Source: Bigelowiella natans CCMP2755
Lineage: Eukaryota > Protista > Cercozoa
DNA: 63,450 nucleotides
Assembly (NCBI GenBank): GCA_000320545.1
Contig: ADNK01001508.1
Location: forward strand, 1-63,450
Reading direction: 5' to 3'
How positions within the stretch are numbered: position 1 is the first letter of the stretch; every line of letters begins with the position of its first letter. Under the pieces are notes generated by a model, which saw only the letters and a program-made list of their open reading frames with translations, had not been told where the DNA came from and did no database searches. Below are positions 26,660 to 38,720 of this stretch, piece by piece. A program made the translations under genes and the position numbers.

Positions 26660-28288
26660 ATGAAGATCCGACGGCCTTCGATGCGGGAAGCAACTTCCAG
26701 CTCCGCAAAGGTGTTGGGCTTGGATGAGACAAAACCCGGCGATGCAACGCTTGATGGCCTGCAAAAGAATTTAGCTCAGCGCCGACGTGCTGTTCGACAA
26801 GCACTGGAGCAGCGCTTTGAGGCTGTTCCGACGAAGGGGTAGACAGACAACGCACTTATGTTGGTTTTGGAGAGTGATGGATGTTGTTTTACTATGCTCA
26901 AGGCTGGGAAGCGAAATGGAGAGGCAGGGCTGCGTGGTCTTCCCCGGACTTCTCGAAGCATTTTGTAAGACGATCAAAGGTAGTCGAAACATAAGTAGGC
27001 TAGCGCTGATGAAAAGCGATTGCGATGAAACCGGGCCTTCTTGCAGTTTTTCAAGGCGGCCATCCTCGATTAGATACAAATTAAACCCCCATTATAAATG
27101 CGAGGTTGGTGTTTCCAATTCTGAATTTGAACGTGTTTCTTTTCGAAAAAGATCGCGTTTTGTCCGTCCATAAGCCTAAGTTCCTTGGATGGTACAAGCA
27201 AGGGTGGAAGGCGTCAGACTTTTTCCACAACTCACCTGGCCAGCCTGAAGTGCCGATCAACCCTTCTCTACGATTTATACACAGTATGACTCCCACCGAC
27301 ATACAAGCAAACGGAATTGAACCAAAACATCCGCGGCGTCCTCATTTTACGTGTTTCTTCCGTCGCTTGCCCCCACAGCTATTCTATCCCCTTTAATATG
27401 CGGGCTTCTGGGTTCGATCGTCGGCTCTCCTGTAAAGGTTAGCGCCTTCTTTTTTGGGTTGATGATGACCTCCCCTCACTGTCTCCTAGAGTTGTAGATT
27501 ATTAGCCAGGCTGTTGGTATAAGGGACTGGGAAGCTTTCACCCCTCTTCCACGTCCCATTTACCTCATAAAACAAGCCGAAAACAACATGGGCCTCGTCG
27601 CTGCTCTCTCCATGAAGAGGGTGAGAGGCAGGCCGCCGCGTTCACAGGACCCCTGTCACGAGGACTATTATGACAGTGCGGTAGTATAATGCAAATGGAG
27701 TAGATGGATTCTGAGGCAGATCGGCGGCGCCCAGAATTTATGCCTCCTGGCACAATAATTCTAATTTTGTTCCCAGAATTGATGCCTCCTGGCACAATAA
27801 TTCTCATTTTGTTCCACCATGGTTTCGAGGGAGCTTCTCCTCTCGTTGCTTTCCATGTGCTCATTCGCTTCTAAGCGCCCGCTCTCTGATATCTGCTCAC
27901 TCTTTCTCTCACACGGCGATTGATGTACAGATGGTGCAAGCAAACGTTTGTCATTACTCGCAGAGAACCAATGTGTGCCTGGAGAACCACTTTGACGGTA
28001 GTAAACAGGCATGTATCACCATATGAATGAGCCGAAATGCAAGCTAATAAATAGTATATTCACGGCGATCGCTTCACAATAGCTTAGTGATAGTAGAAAA
28101 CTTCTCGCTCATTAATCGGACATTATTCTTTATATCCTACTCCCGTTCCCCGCCCCCCCCCTTCTAACCCGTGGTTCTTTCTTACGCGTAGGTTGCGCGT
28201 TCTCAGCTATCGTGCACATGTTTTCAACGGATCCTTCTACATCAGGATTGCACATAAGTGAGACGATATGGAAAATAATGATAATAGC

Positions 28289-28321
<33 letters not shown>

Positions 28322-29084
28322 AATTCACTTCCCTCCTCCTACTTCACAGAGAGAAACGGTAGATTCGAAAAGATAGGCACCCCAGGCATCGGCGACATGG
28401 TGCTCATATCAGGGGACAAATTCCTACACCGGAGCTGCACGGTGGAGGGCGCCAATGAGCGGCTGGTCATCGTCTTCTTTCTGGAGTATTCAAATCCCAA
28501 GGTAATGATGATAATGGTGATGCAAGTTCCGCTGCATTTTGCTAGCAGTAATGGGACAACAGGAGGACATTGAACGGTGTGAAATATCTCTATGGAAACT
28601 TCTGATAATAACTCTCTTCCTTCTCCCAACATCCCCCCCTTGTTATGTCGCTTTGCAGGATGCAAAGCGCGCGGCGGAACAAGTTGTTGGTTCTAGCCCC
28701 GCCCCCCCGACCGCTCCTTCGCCAAAGTCGTCCAAAAGATTTGCAGCAGCCGCTCCCAAGAAAAAGGATTCACTGGAGAAGAAGAAAGTAGCAATCGTGT
28801 CATCACCACCACGTCATATGGGCAACAAACGCGCCGTCAGCAGCCGAGTAGTGGCTACTGAACCTGAAGTGGTTGGGCGACCACAGCGACAGAAATTAGG
28901 AATGGACCCTAGTACAACTCATCAGCAGTCATTATCGTCAGGCAGAGAAGGAAAGGAGCAGCAGCTACCTAGCAAAGTAGTGATCCCCACCGCAACTAAA
29001 AACAGCGACAAATTGAGGATGATAAAGAAGAAAATGATGACGAAGAAGAAGAAGCGTCAAGCAAAAGCTGGGAGTAGCACTGGC

Positions 29085-29121
<37 letters not shown>

Positions 29122-29456
29122 ATGCGGCAGCGAGGAGGCGAAAGAGGCGGATTGGATATGTTCTCGAGGACCAGGATAAGCTCGACACGACTACACAGGT
29201 TTGTATACATGTACTGCTCATTAATCTACGACATTGGAGGAGGAGGGGAGGGCGGGGCGGCGAAACGTTCTTCCTGCATGCCACATACGTAAAATATTGG
29301 GACGGATGGCTACAATCTTCAAACCTTGCCAAATCTGCGACCACTCACCCATTTTTGCGCACAACGACTAATTTCCCATGTTCGTATGCCAGAGCGACAT
29401 CAAAACTGAACGCGAGCAAGAGAGGGCAGCAAGAAGACGTAGGAAGCAGCGGCTGA
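26660..29456 (+). CDS. Multi-exon 2OG-Fe(II) oxygenase-like protein with a basic low-complexity C-terminus
   Basis: EMERQGCVVFPGLL at the N-terminus, and PGIGDMVLISGDKFLHRSCTVEGANERLVIVFF giving the distal His and 2OG-binding Arg pattern. The HxD motif was not clearly located. Confidence 0.55.
27730..27813. repeat. 42-bp tandem duplication (2 copies)
   Basis: cccagaatt(t/g)atgcctcctggcacaataattct(a/c)attttgtt at 27730 and 27772. Confidence 0.9.
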
Positions 29457-29649
29457 TCCATCAACATGGTTCAAATCAAAAGCAGCCCAATCCTGCGAAA
29501 ATGTGAGAAGAAATGCGATGTCGATTTCGCAATTGGGAAACTTACTTTAGAATTAAGCACCGCACTACAAGTTGGTTTTTGTCGTAGCGGGTTACGTTCA
29601 GGGCACGATATGTGTGGCTTGAGTAGTTCTCTTGTTTCATGAAATGCGC

Positions 29650-29777
29650 GCAAAGTCATATGTCGGCTAGCATTACATCGCTTTGTGTACGATTAATCTT
29701 ATCGCATGCTGTGCAGAAATGAGCTGCTACGATCAGAGATTTGCACGCGCAATGTCTATATGGAACATATCATGCTA

Positions 29778-29817
<40 letters not shown>

Positions 29818-30320
29818 GTTTTTTAATAATCAACAAGCATTGCACACTGAAGGTCGCCATGGTGTCATACACAGCTAGCACGGGGATCATTGTAGTCATT
29901 AGCTGGAGCTAGAAGGCTTATGTGCATATTCCTTTCCACTACACATGCAGAGTAGCAGCTACTACATAGCTGAACTCTGCATTGTATAATTGTATGCTGA
30001 TACAAGGATATCTTTGCACAGCTACACTAGGATGGCCATTAAAAAGATTCAATGACTACAATACATCCGTCTTACACATATGGTAGGGACTGTATAGCAT
30101 AAATGTTTTATGATGCATGCGGCTACGTACTCGCTCGCATCGTGTGGGCTAATAGCGCGCTATATCAATGCCGCGAAATAATACATTGCAAGTACTAGCT
30201 ATTGTCTATAACCAATAATAATCGTGCATATGTAGTCATATACAGTCAGTAACATGTGCATGGGTGTGCAGGCGTACACATCGCATCGCACGCAGTCGGT
30301 CGATCATATGTGTGGGCCAA
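29650..30320. other. RY-rich spacer between convergent genes
   Basis: tgca/catg/agct-rich with (TA)n and no credible ORF. Confidence 0.55.
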
Positions 30321-30331
30321 ATTGTTCGAAA

Positions 30332-31698
30332 TCACATATTGGTGTTCTCTTGGCGGCCTTCAGCTTCCTCACTAAATTCTGCATTAACGGTTTTCGTGAG
30401 TTCACCCAGCTCCGAGTATTCGGGGAGCTTAGAAGCCCATTTTGCAGTCCTTAACATAGCTTTCCTGCGCATACGCTTTGAGGAGGCATCCCCCCTAGCT
30501 TCGGATGTCTTCTGCATCCAAGTTGCCAGTGATAGCCACAACTGACGTGCCCCAGGCCCATGTCCTAGATTCGGAAGGACCTCCAGCAACGTTTCATTAA
30601 GACGAGCATCTAAGGGTTCACTAACATCAAGAATGCGAGACGAAATCGCCACCAAAGCCCTGTCGACTTCTGAATCGGCTGCCGTTTGTATTTCTGATGA
30701 GCTAGCCACGTTCTTTGGAGGGGGGCGTCGAAGCCCAGAAACGATCATACCCACGGCACTAGGTTCAGGTATCTCGGTGTTACTCTCAAGAATGGTGGAT
30801 AATTGGCTCACAATTTCGTTTCCTGGTTCACAGTGGCTGAGCCGCGAAAGACCGTAATATGCGTACGCCAGATCACCTATGGACAAACAATCTTTTCCCT
30901 CCAATTCCCGCAACTTCCCGCTTGTGGCAGTGAGGTACTTTTGTACAGCATCTGAAGGATCCATGGATTGCACGCCATATATCATTCGGCTGAGGGTGTG
31001 CCCAGAGAGGGTTTCCTCGGTCTCTGTGATCTTACCAGCTAGCACAAAAATTAGACTGTCTGTCGGATCGCAGGTTTTAAGTTCTCGCATTCCTTGGAAC
31101 GCTGTGAACGTCCTCTCGCTATATCTCTCAGCACATGCTCCGACTTTCGGGGCCAGGGCCCCAATGAAATCCCTCACCGGCGCGTTGAAACCCTGCTTGT
31201 GCAAAGGGTAAAGGAGCTTTCCGACCACGCTCTCCTTGTGAATCCCAGAAGACCTCGATTGGAGCGAGTTGGTAAAATACTTCAAATGGTGGGGGGAGAA
31301 TCGAATGTGGAATCTCCCTGCAGCATGTACGATTTCGATAATTTCGTTGATGCCGATCGGACGCCGCCGTGCCGCCCATTTCGTGCAAAGCTGGTGTATT
31401 GGCCTTCCTGAGTCGAGATCGTGAGCCATTTGTATCCGCTTCCAAATTTGCTGTTCGTTGATTGCGAACATCTCCTGCATAGGGTTCTTCTTCCTCGGAC
31501 CCCTTCGTGTTTTCACCGCGTCATCTGAAACTGCACTCTCCCTAAGTAGGAATCGGCACATAGGCGTACTGTCAGAGCGAAATCATTTATTGGGATGATG
31601 GTTATCTACCCCGTCACCGTGGTGCTAAAGTTTCGAGCATGCAGTCGCCGACAGTATGCCCTTGATGCAAAGCACATCGACGCGATCCTTCGTTTCAT
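30332..31698 (-). CDS. Mitochondrion-targeted helical-repeat (RNA-binding-like) protein; two exons (31610-31698, 30332-31568)
   Basis: Exon 1 encodes MKRRIASMCFASRAYCRRLHARNFSTT (presequence-like). A 41-nt GT-AG intron joins it in frame to the 409-aa ORF. Repeats include LSGHTLSRMIYGVQSM, LSIGDLAYAYYGLSRL and PEPSAVGMIVSGLRR. Confidence 0.65.
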
Positions 31699-31973
31699 CC
31701 TCGTGCTCGTTGTTTGGCACAATGGCGAGAGTGCGGCGGGATTTGCAGCTCGGCCTTTTCGGGTCAAAGTTGACCGATTTTCGAAGGGCGACTTACTGAT
31801 TTATTGTCGTATGCGAAGAAAGGATGACAGTTTCACTCTTTTTCACATGCGAAGCGGAGACTGCTTGTCGCTCGCGAAGAATTCTCGAGAATTCCCTTTG
31901 GTGTCGTGGAGAAATTCAAACTGTTTGAACTCCACCCCCCCAATCCTACTCGCCCCTCAATGCGTTTCGGGCG

Positions 31974-33941
31974 ATGAGGAAGGCCCTTCTTTTGACTCAG
32001 TGCCTGCTCTTATCCAGCTGGGGCTTTCAATTTAACGCGAGGTCGACCTCATTGTCTTCAACGAATGCGTCTAAAAATCTATTCGGAGAGAGACCTTCAT
32101 GCGCCGACCTCGGCAAGGGCATGAGCGACGAGCTGGAAAAGTGCCACGTGTGTGTGTCAGGGAAAGGGAAGGCATGGTTTCGTGATATCTACCATGACTG
32201 CGTCTACGACTTCCAACACAATAGATGCCGTAGCAACAAAACCGCACATAAGGTCATTGCTCCGGAGCTGGTGAGGCAGCCCGCCGATTGTTACATGCGA
32301 ACACTTCCCAGAATTTGTGTTAACATCGACGTAAGCTCAAAAGAGGCAGCAGAACGCTCTTGTGAACAGGATTATGATCTCACTGTTGGTTCTGCAAAAC
32401 CCCTTAAAGCAGCTATTTGCCCCAGGTTGGCCCAGCTCAAATATCAAGTGATGGAGCACAAAAAGGACCTCGGGGATCCTTTGGTTTGCTGGCGTGCAGC
32501 TTATGCTTGGATAGATGAGACATTTATAAAAGCTGACAATTCAGAGCGTGAGAATGGATTTACGATTGGGATTGAGATGGAAGCGAGCCATATAACTGTC
32601 AAACCGACGACGGAATCCTTCAAGCTCGGCTACGACATGTGCGTGCTTCAGAATAACGTTGCTGGGCAACCAACAAAGAGTATGATTCACCTTGATGGGA
32701 ACGACTATAAGGCTAACGAAGCGCATATAGAGTGGAAGACGACACCTATCCACTACAGTGATAATGAGAGAGTACACACTGCTATTAACGCTCTTGATCA
32801 AACTATCATGGGTTTGCAGCAGGAGAAGGCAAGCGGAAATCATCAAAAGATCTCTGTCGATTCGATGATGAATGAATACAACACACTTCTTCAACACGGC
32901 ACCTTAACTTTGGGTAGGCAAACAGAACCTGCGACGGATTTCGAGGTGAGCAAGAGCGATCTTACTAAAAATCTGGGGTTTGACATTTCTGTGCGTGATG
33001 CTGGAAAGGGAACCTACTCGGTTCAGGTCAATTATGCACTCCCTGTTGCGGCAATGGTCTCGGACAAATATCCTTCGGATCTCATTACCATCAATGCCGA
33101 TACCTGCGAGAAGCGGCCTCTTCTAGACGACGTCAAGAAAATTGCCCTGAGAATTCACCAAAAATCAAAGCTGCACGCGACAGAAAACGTCAAAGGTCTC
33201 ATCGCCCTGCTGACTCTCTACATGATCGGCGGGGGACGTAGCGGGTTTCTCCGGCAAAAAAATCCCAGCATGGGAGCTGGGGTACTTAAAAGTAAGTATG
33301 AAAATCTCCCTAAGACCCCGGTGCGCGACGTGCTCGTGCTGATGACGCCCGCAGAGAAGCTTGTCGTATGGTTCTTTGTGGATGATCCCTCAACACGTCG
33401 GCTGTTCATAGAGGAGATTACCGAGGTCTACCCCGAGTTCAGCAACGATGACCAAGTCACAAAGACACAGCCGGACGGCAGGAATATTACATTTTCAAAG
33501 AAGTCGTGTCTCCACGACGTCGTTGCTCATCATCTTGACAGCTTGCGTCCACGCGACGGCTTTCAAACACGCTATGAGGGAGAAACGGCACAGTGGTATG
33601 GCTGGAAGATACTCCGACAGGATCTCAGAGACTTCCGAGCGATGAGGATCCCTTATGCGACAGGGAAACCATTTCCTGCAGTCTTAATTGGAGGGAAACC
33701 AGGGGCCATCTTTGAGCTTCGACAGAGTGGCGACTTGCTCAATAAGGTGTTCATGCCGAAAGTGAAAATGCTTCAACAACAGGAAGCATTCAACGAGATG
33801 TGGGATCTCTCTGGGGACCGGGATCCAAATCTTCCTCCAGTTGACTATGATTCACCTACCTATCTAAATCTTGTCCATCGGTGCAGGAATGCGAGCTCCT
33901 ACGCCGCTCCAAAAGCGAAGTTTGGAGTACAAAAGCACTAA
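31974..33941 (+). CDS. Secreted protein with a Cys-rich N-terminus and an actin cross-linking domain (ACD)-like, glutamine-synthetase-fold ligase domain
   Basis: Intronless 655-aa ORF with a signal peptide. Motifs occur in order: TIGIEMEA (E201, E203), KLGY, HLDG (D241), HIEWKTTP (E253), VQVN (Q351), LKSKYENLPKT and AIFELR (E581, R583). These parallel Vibrio ACD motifs recalled as SIGIENEL, KFGY, LTKD, TVELVSYP, QQAT, VKNAWEILPRT and ILFEFR. Confidence 0.75.
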   Translation: MRKALLLTQCLLLSSWGFQFNARSTSLSSTNASKNLFGERPSCADLGKGMSDELEKCHVCVSGKGKAWFRDIYHDCVYDFQHNRCRSNKTAHKVIAPELVRQPADCYMRTLPRICVNIDVSSKEAAERSCEQDYDLTVGSAKPLKAAICPRLAQLKYQVMEHKKDLGDPLVCWRAAYAWIDETFIKADNSERENGFTIGIEMEASHITVKPTTESFKLGYDMCVLQNNVAGQPTKSMIHLDGNDYKANEAHIEWKTTPIHYSDNERVHTAINALDQTIMGLQQEKASGNHQKISVDSMMNEYNTLLQHGTLTLGRQTEPATDFEVSKSDLTKNLGFDISVRDAGKGTYSVQVNYALPVAAMVSDKYPSDLITINADTCEKRPLLDDVKKIALRIHQKSKLHATENVKGLIALLTLYMIGGGRSGFLRQKNPSMGAGVLKSKYENLPKTPVRDVLVLMTPAEKLVVWFFVDDPSTRRLFIEEITEVYPEFSNDDQVTKTQPDGRNITFSKKSCLHDVVAHHLDSLRPRDGFQTRYEGETAQWYGWKILRQDLRDFRAMRIPYATGKPFPAVLIGGKPGAIFELRQSGDLLNKVFMPKVKMLQQQEAFNEMWDLSGDRDPNLPPVDYDSPTYLNLVHRCRNASSYAAPKAKFGVQKH

Positions 33942-33959
33942 GAGGACATATCTCATTTC

Positions 33960-34522
33960 GACATACGATTCATGAACTGAGAGTTCGTGGCGATATCAAC
34001 TACAACTACATTGATTATGCTATGTACTTTAGTTAGCTTGTTAAGCTTTGCGCGCAAATCATTTTGTACATCAGTGTCGATCGAAGCCACCGCATTCACG
34101 TACTAATATACGCAAGAAATCTATGCAATCGGGCAAATAGACGTATTAATAATCTCTGTCTCCATGTACTCGCGTGTTGCATTGTGCTGTATTCGACAAT
34201 AATAGAATACATAGTATATTGTATTACTTGTCTATCATGATAATTGCGCATGGAAATATGCATTGCACACCACATGCCATGTCTGCAATCATGCGTCATG
34301 AGAATTGAGGCGTAACCCTAATAGAGTAGTTACAATTCTAATGTTGTTGCGCTTATATTAGCTGTATATTATCAATGCATGCATGTTAGCAGATTGCTGC
34401 ACATACACGCATCAACAGACAGGACCATATGTTCATTTATGCTAAGCAGAAATCTAGCCGTGCATGTGATAAAGTTGTGTGTTCAAGGCAATTCAACGAC
34501 GCACTTCAATGAACTCATCCTT

Positions 34523-34555
<33 letters not shown>

Positions 34556-34730
34556 TCTCTTTGCACAACGGTCTTATTGTCCAAGACACAATGTGAACGC
34601 TGTGATCATCTCATCATAGCTAGCTAGCTAGCTGGATGCCCAAGAATGCTGTGCACATACAAACGCTCAAATATTATAGGTTCATTTGTTCATTGATGCA
34701 AAGAATTCTAGCTTTATGTGCTAAAATTGC
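33960..34730. other. RY-rich spacer between convergent genes
   Basis: tgca/catg/gctagc-rich and contains (CAT)n. Confidence 0.55.
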
Positions 34731-34759
34731 GTGTTCAAGGCAATTCAACGACGCACTTC
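34479..34759. repeat. 29-bp exact direct repeat (34479-34507 and 34731-34759)
   Basis: gtgttcaaggcaattcaacgacgcacttc occurs twice. It contains the last codons and stop (KCVVELP*) of the AlkB-like gene. Confidence 0.9.
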
Positions 34760-35742
34760 GTTCCACCTAAGCTGGTGTACTTAAACTGGAACCACGGGTT
34801 GGGAATTTTATTATTTATTCGATCACCATGAATCCTTTCCCACACCCCTCTTCTCTCCTGCTTCAAACGCTTATGGTCTTCGAACTTCGCCCATACAAAA
34901 TCGAATGAGGCTTTAGGCCCGGATATTATTTTCGAATCCAGTGGTGTGACACTTAACACAGCTTGTTTCCAAGTACGGGCAGAATTGTACCGTAGAATGG
35001 CATCTCCAGGATTCAATGTGAGATCCAGAGAGTCTTTATCGTACTTTTCGTATTTGAAACCAAATTTGACCGCATGGCTTCCAAGATTGATGAACAATTT
35101 CGGTGTTCCGTCGTTTCCCCCCACTAAATCACCGTCCCCAGACCACCCACACAAAGTGCGCTTCGGACTAATTATTCGCCCACCAACCATTTCAAAGGAG
35201 AGTGAAAGATGCGTTGGTGTAAAGTCCCCGGCAGGATATTTGGGATCGACCTTCCTCCCATTCTCAGAAATGTTGAGACTTTCAAAAAAACGCTGTTCTA
35301 CAGTCTTATTTTCATCGCTCCCACATTCAAATTCCAGCCGATGCTGTCCATGTAGCAAGCCCAATTCCAGGGCGTCGCATTTTACCGCATGTGTAGGTTT
35401 ACCATTAGCATCTTTAAAAAAATGGTTCAGAACCGCATTGTTAGCTCCATACACCGTGCCCTTGATGCGATCGCCACGTCTCCACAACCCTCCACATTCA
35501 CCCTTGATTCCAGGGCGGTAAAAACGATTCAGGAGTTCGGTTTGAAGAGACGGGTTAACAGCGTTCTGGATGAGTATCAACCCATCTGGATCTATCAATT
35601 TGAACCGACACAGGTCATTTTTAAGGGTGCACTCAGTAGATGGCGTTGACGACGGTTGTTTTGATTTTCGATCGGCGCGGAGCATGTTGTTATTCGTGTT
35701 GGCTTTTTTCCTCCTTCGAAACCGTTTAGCGGTTGCAGACAT
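34735..35742 (-). CDS. AlkB-like double-stranded beta-helix protein, probably catalytically inactive
   Basis: The intronless ORF has PDGLILIQNAVNPSLQTELL, DFTPTHLSL, PKLFINLGSHAVKFGF and LTLNPGDAILRYNSARTWKQAV, which follow the AlkB layout. The Fe-binding His residues and C-terminal Args are absent. A basic N-terminus (KRFRRRKK) suggests an NLS. Confidence 0.6.
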   Translation of the reverse strand: MSATAKRFRRRKKANTNNNMLRADRKSKQPSSTPSTECTLKNDLCRFKLIDPDGLILIQNAVNPSLQTELLNRFYRPGIKGECGGLWRRGDRIKGTVYGANNAVLNHFFKDANGKPTHAVKCDALELGLLHGQHRLEFECGSDENKTVEQRFFESLNISENGRKVDPKYPAGDFTPTHLSLSFEMVGGRIISPKRTLCGWSGDGDLVGGNDGTPKLFINLGSHAVKFGFKYEKYDKDSLDLTLNPGDAILRYNSARTWKQAVLSVTPLDSKIISGPKASFDFVWAKFEDHKRLKQERRGVWERIHGDRINNKIPNPWFQFKYTSLGGTKCVVELP

Positions 35743-37503
35743 GGGAACGCAGTCTCCTTGGACCAAGGGGTCGAAAGATATAAGAAGCAGGAATATGAGT
35801 GTAATGATAAATCCAGTAAGCAGTCAAGGTCGTGGGACGAAATCTATGCCACACGCATTGTTAGCTCCGAGGAGAGATCTGGGCCATTGGTGACAAAAAG
35901 CATACACGAGAAGCCGTTTCCCGCGATGATCGCAAACGCCTCATGCCATCGAAGATTTGAGCACCAGCGTGCAGCGGTAACTGCTATTTTCGCGTGTGAT
36001 TATTTCCTCCGAACTGCAAGTTCACCACACTTTCCCGGTGTGACAATTTGTCGACAAATTACCACATAATTTGTGACTAGTCTTACTGAATTTTGGCACT
36101 TTGGCTAGTTGGTTGTTTGACGTTGCAACAATAAGTATGGTTTTTAACATAAGATTGGGATACATTTTTATCCAATTATATTTTACTAGAGCGGAGACTC
36201 GTCCGCATACGTTGCCAGCTGACGACGATGCGCGAAATAACGACAACAATATGACAACAACAATATACAGGAGTCAAAAATTTTTTCATTGATGATGTCT
36301 GGAGCGTGGTTTATTTATAACGTCATTTTTACATGTTGACGTAGGTGAAAAACGGCCTACAAAACGAAGAATCTAAGGATCTCCTCCAGCCATCCCTCTC
36401 CTTCCGATTTGGTCTTTCGGTTGAGACCACTCGTTGTACGGAAAGGGTCAAGATGCTCAGAAACTCCGTCCGTGCCTTCAGGAGGCTACGAACATTCAAC
36501 GGTAACCTAGAACCTAGCACTGAAGGAATCTGTCTGCGTCGGGGTTAGCCTTAGCATTCTCCTTCCATAGTCGTGTGATCCTTCCAAACGATGCAAAGTG
36601 TCATCATTCAATTGATACGCTTTTGAAAGAGAATGGTTAAACTTTGTCTCAGTACACACACGGAAATTGGGAAAGATAGCAGGCTCTGCAACTAACGCTT
36701 CGGAAGAAAAGACAGCAACATCTGTAATGCATATTTAATTTCATCTGTCTTATTCTTACTCATTTCACTTCGACAGAAGAATGCAGAATCGAATGAACTT
36801 AAAAAGAGGAAGACAGCAGAAGAGGTTGCACAAGTACTACATTGCACAATCTTTGTAATGTATTCATGCATAAACATAATGATAGAATGAAGGCGCTGGG
36901 AAGAAAGAGAGTCAAGGGCCAAGTACTCGCGGACACAAAGAGCCAACACGCTATGGAGATTGGGAGTACAAAGGCAGATGTTTTGATTTCTAGTGGTGAC
37001 AAATGATTAGTATCTTTCATAACTATATTTTATGTGCAAGCACGATCTGGCGGGCATTTGGGTGATGGCTGCATTAAAAACAGCATGCATACCAAGTGAC
37101 ATGCATGAGCACGAAGTAATTTGTAATATTCGTTGCGTCCAAACATTAGTTATGCTCGTGCCGACCCGTCGATAATAAGATATATGGTATACGCAAACAT
37201 GCAGCTAGTTAGATCGCGATGGGGGTAGTTACAACATGAACAACAAATGCGTGGGCAAACCTAAATATGCATGAGCTGCTGTTAAGTCATCGCCATGAGT
37301 AGTTCTTGCTACAATGTTAATTTCAAGCCGATCCTCCTACTTCCTAGAATTAATCGCTCAGCACTAAAATGTTCTCCACTATGCGAATAGAATTTTCTAC
37401 GCGCACGTCATGGCTTGTTGAACTTGTTGCGTGCTTCCGTGGCGGATTACACAGCATAGCCCCGCACTGATGTGTCGGCCTAGTAGCATCTCTGTGTGCA
37501 TCT

Positions 37504-37548
<45 letters not shown>

Positions 37549-37619
37549 GTGTATTTTTATGTGTGTGTGTGTGTGTGTGTGTTTGGTCATATGTTGAGAT
37601 AGGTTTCGATTCGATTTTG

Positions 37620-38720
37620 GCACTGCTAGAGCACGCCGCATGTTCGAGATGATCTCATCTAATACGAACGTGTTTTGTACCAAGGTACACCCCAGCACTA
37701 CAGTATCCTCGATTCATTTGCTTACCAGTGAGTTCCCCCTTTTATTTCATTTATTCAGTATCAATTAAAGGCGATTGAACCTGGAATTTTCCCCGACTCT
37801 ATCAGGGTCCAAATTCGTCGTGTATATACTCGATGTTCATTTTGCAATACCATGGAATGGGAAAGTTGCCTGATAAGGGATTCACCTCTGCATGAATTCC
37901 ACCTATTAATATTTATATCTGTTTGGATTTTGTCCTGAAAGGATAAGTAAAGACCCAAATAAACGGATTATATCTACCTGTTTCTGAATAAATTGTCGCA
38001 CTAAAACTGGGTTCATGCATATTTTAGTTCCTCCCCTATATATTAATATTCTGAAATGAAGGAACAAGGTAGATATACTTGCTCGAAGAAACTAAACATA
38101 AAATTAAGATACACCTCTACTTCTTAACGCTTGATCTCATTTCTTCGGGAAATTTCCCGAGGGTGTACTTGTCGGAAATGTGGAAGGACAGCATCGAAAA
38201 AGCTTCGTTCCTCGAAGGAAAGTCGACGAACGTTTTCATCTCTTATGATTTAAGGTTTTATCGGAGGAGTTAGTAAATCTTTCAGTTATTAAGGAAGAGT
38301 GGACTTTATTGTGTTAAGTAATCTGTTTAATTATCCCTCCAGGTATTGGAGCTTCACATTCCGAAATATGAAAGCACAGTCCCCGATTTCTTTGAAGACT
38401 TCAAAGAGAAATATTGGCCCTCGTTTGAAAACACTTGATGCATGTAGAATGCCCACAAAATAATCGAGTTTCATTATTCTATCTCCAGTACAATATAAGC
38501 AATGAACAATTTAAACGCCTATCTAACTTCGAGAGCTGTGGCCAAATTGTCCTCTTCACGGGATTTCTTGGGGCCATCATCGTTTGCACACTTGTCCTTG
38601 AAAGCATCAATTGTGCTCTTTCTTTTCACAGTACCAATTCTTTCTCAATTTGGCCATCAGAGCGAAAGCTGCTAAGGTTTCTCGTAAGGGAAATATCCTC
38701 TACTCTGCATTTCTTCTGAC
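37620..38720 (-). CDS. Possible multi-exon hypothetical gene (poorly resolved)
   Basis: Several short coding-like segments with splice-like borders (e.g. STIDAFKDKCANDDGPKKSREEDNLATALE). No domain recognised. Confidence 0.25.

Noticed and set aside
36340-37000. Possible small + strand gene
   Set aside because: One exon-like segment is present, but I could not build a consistent model or recognise a domain.
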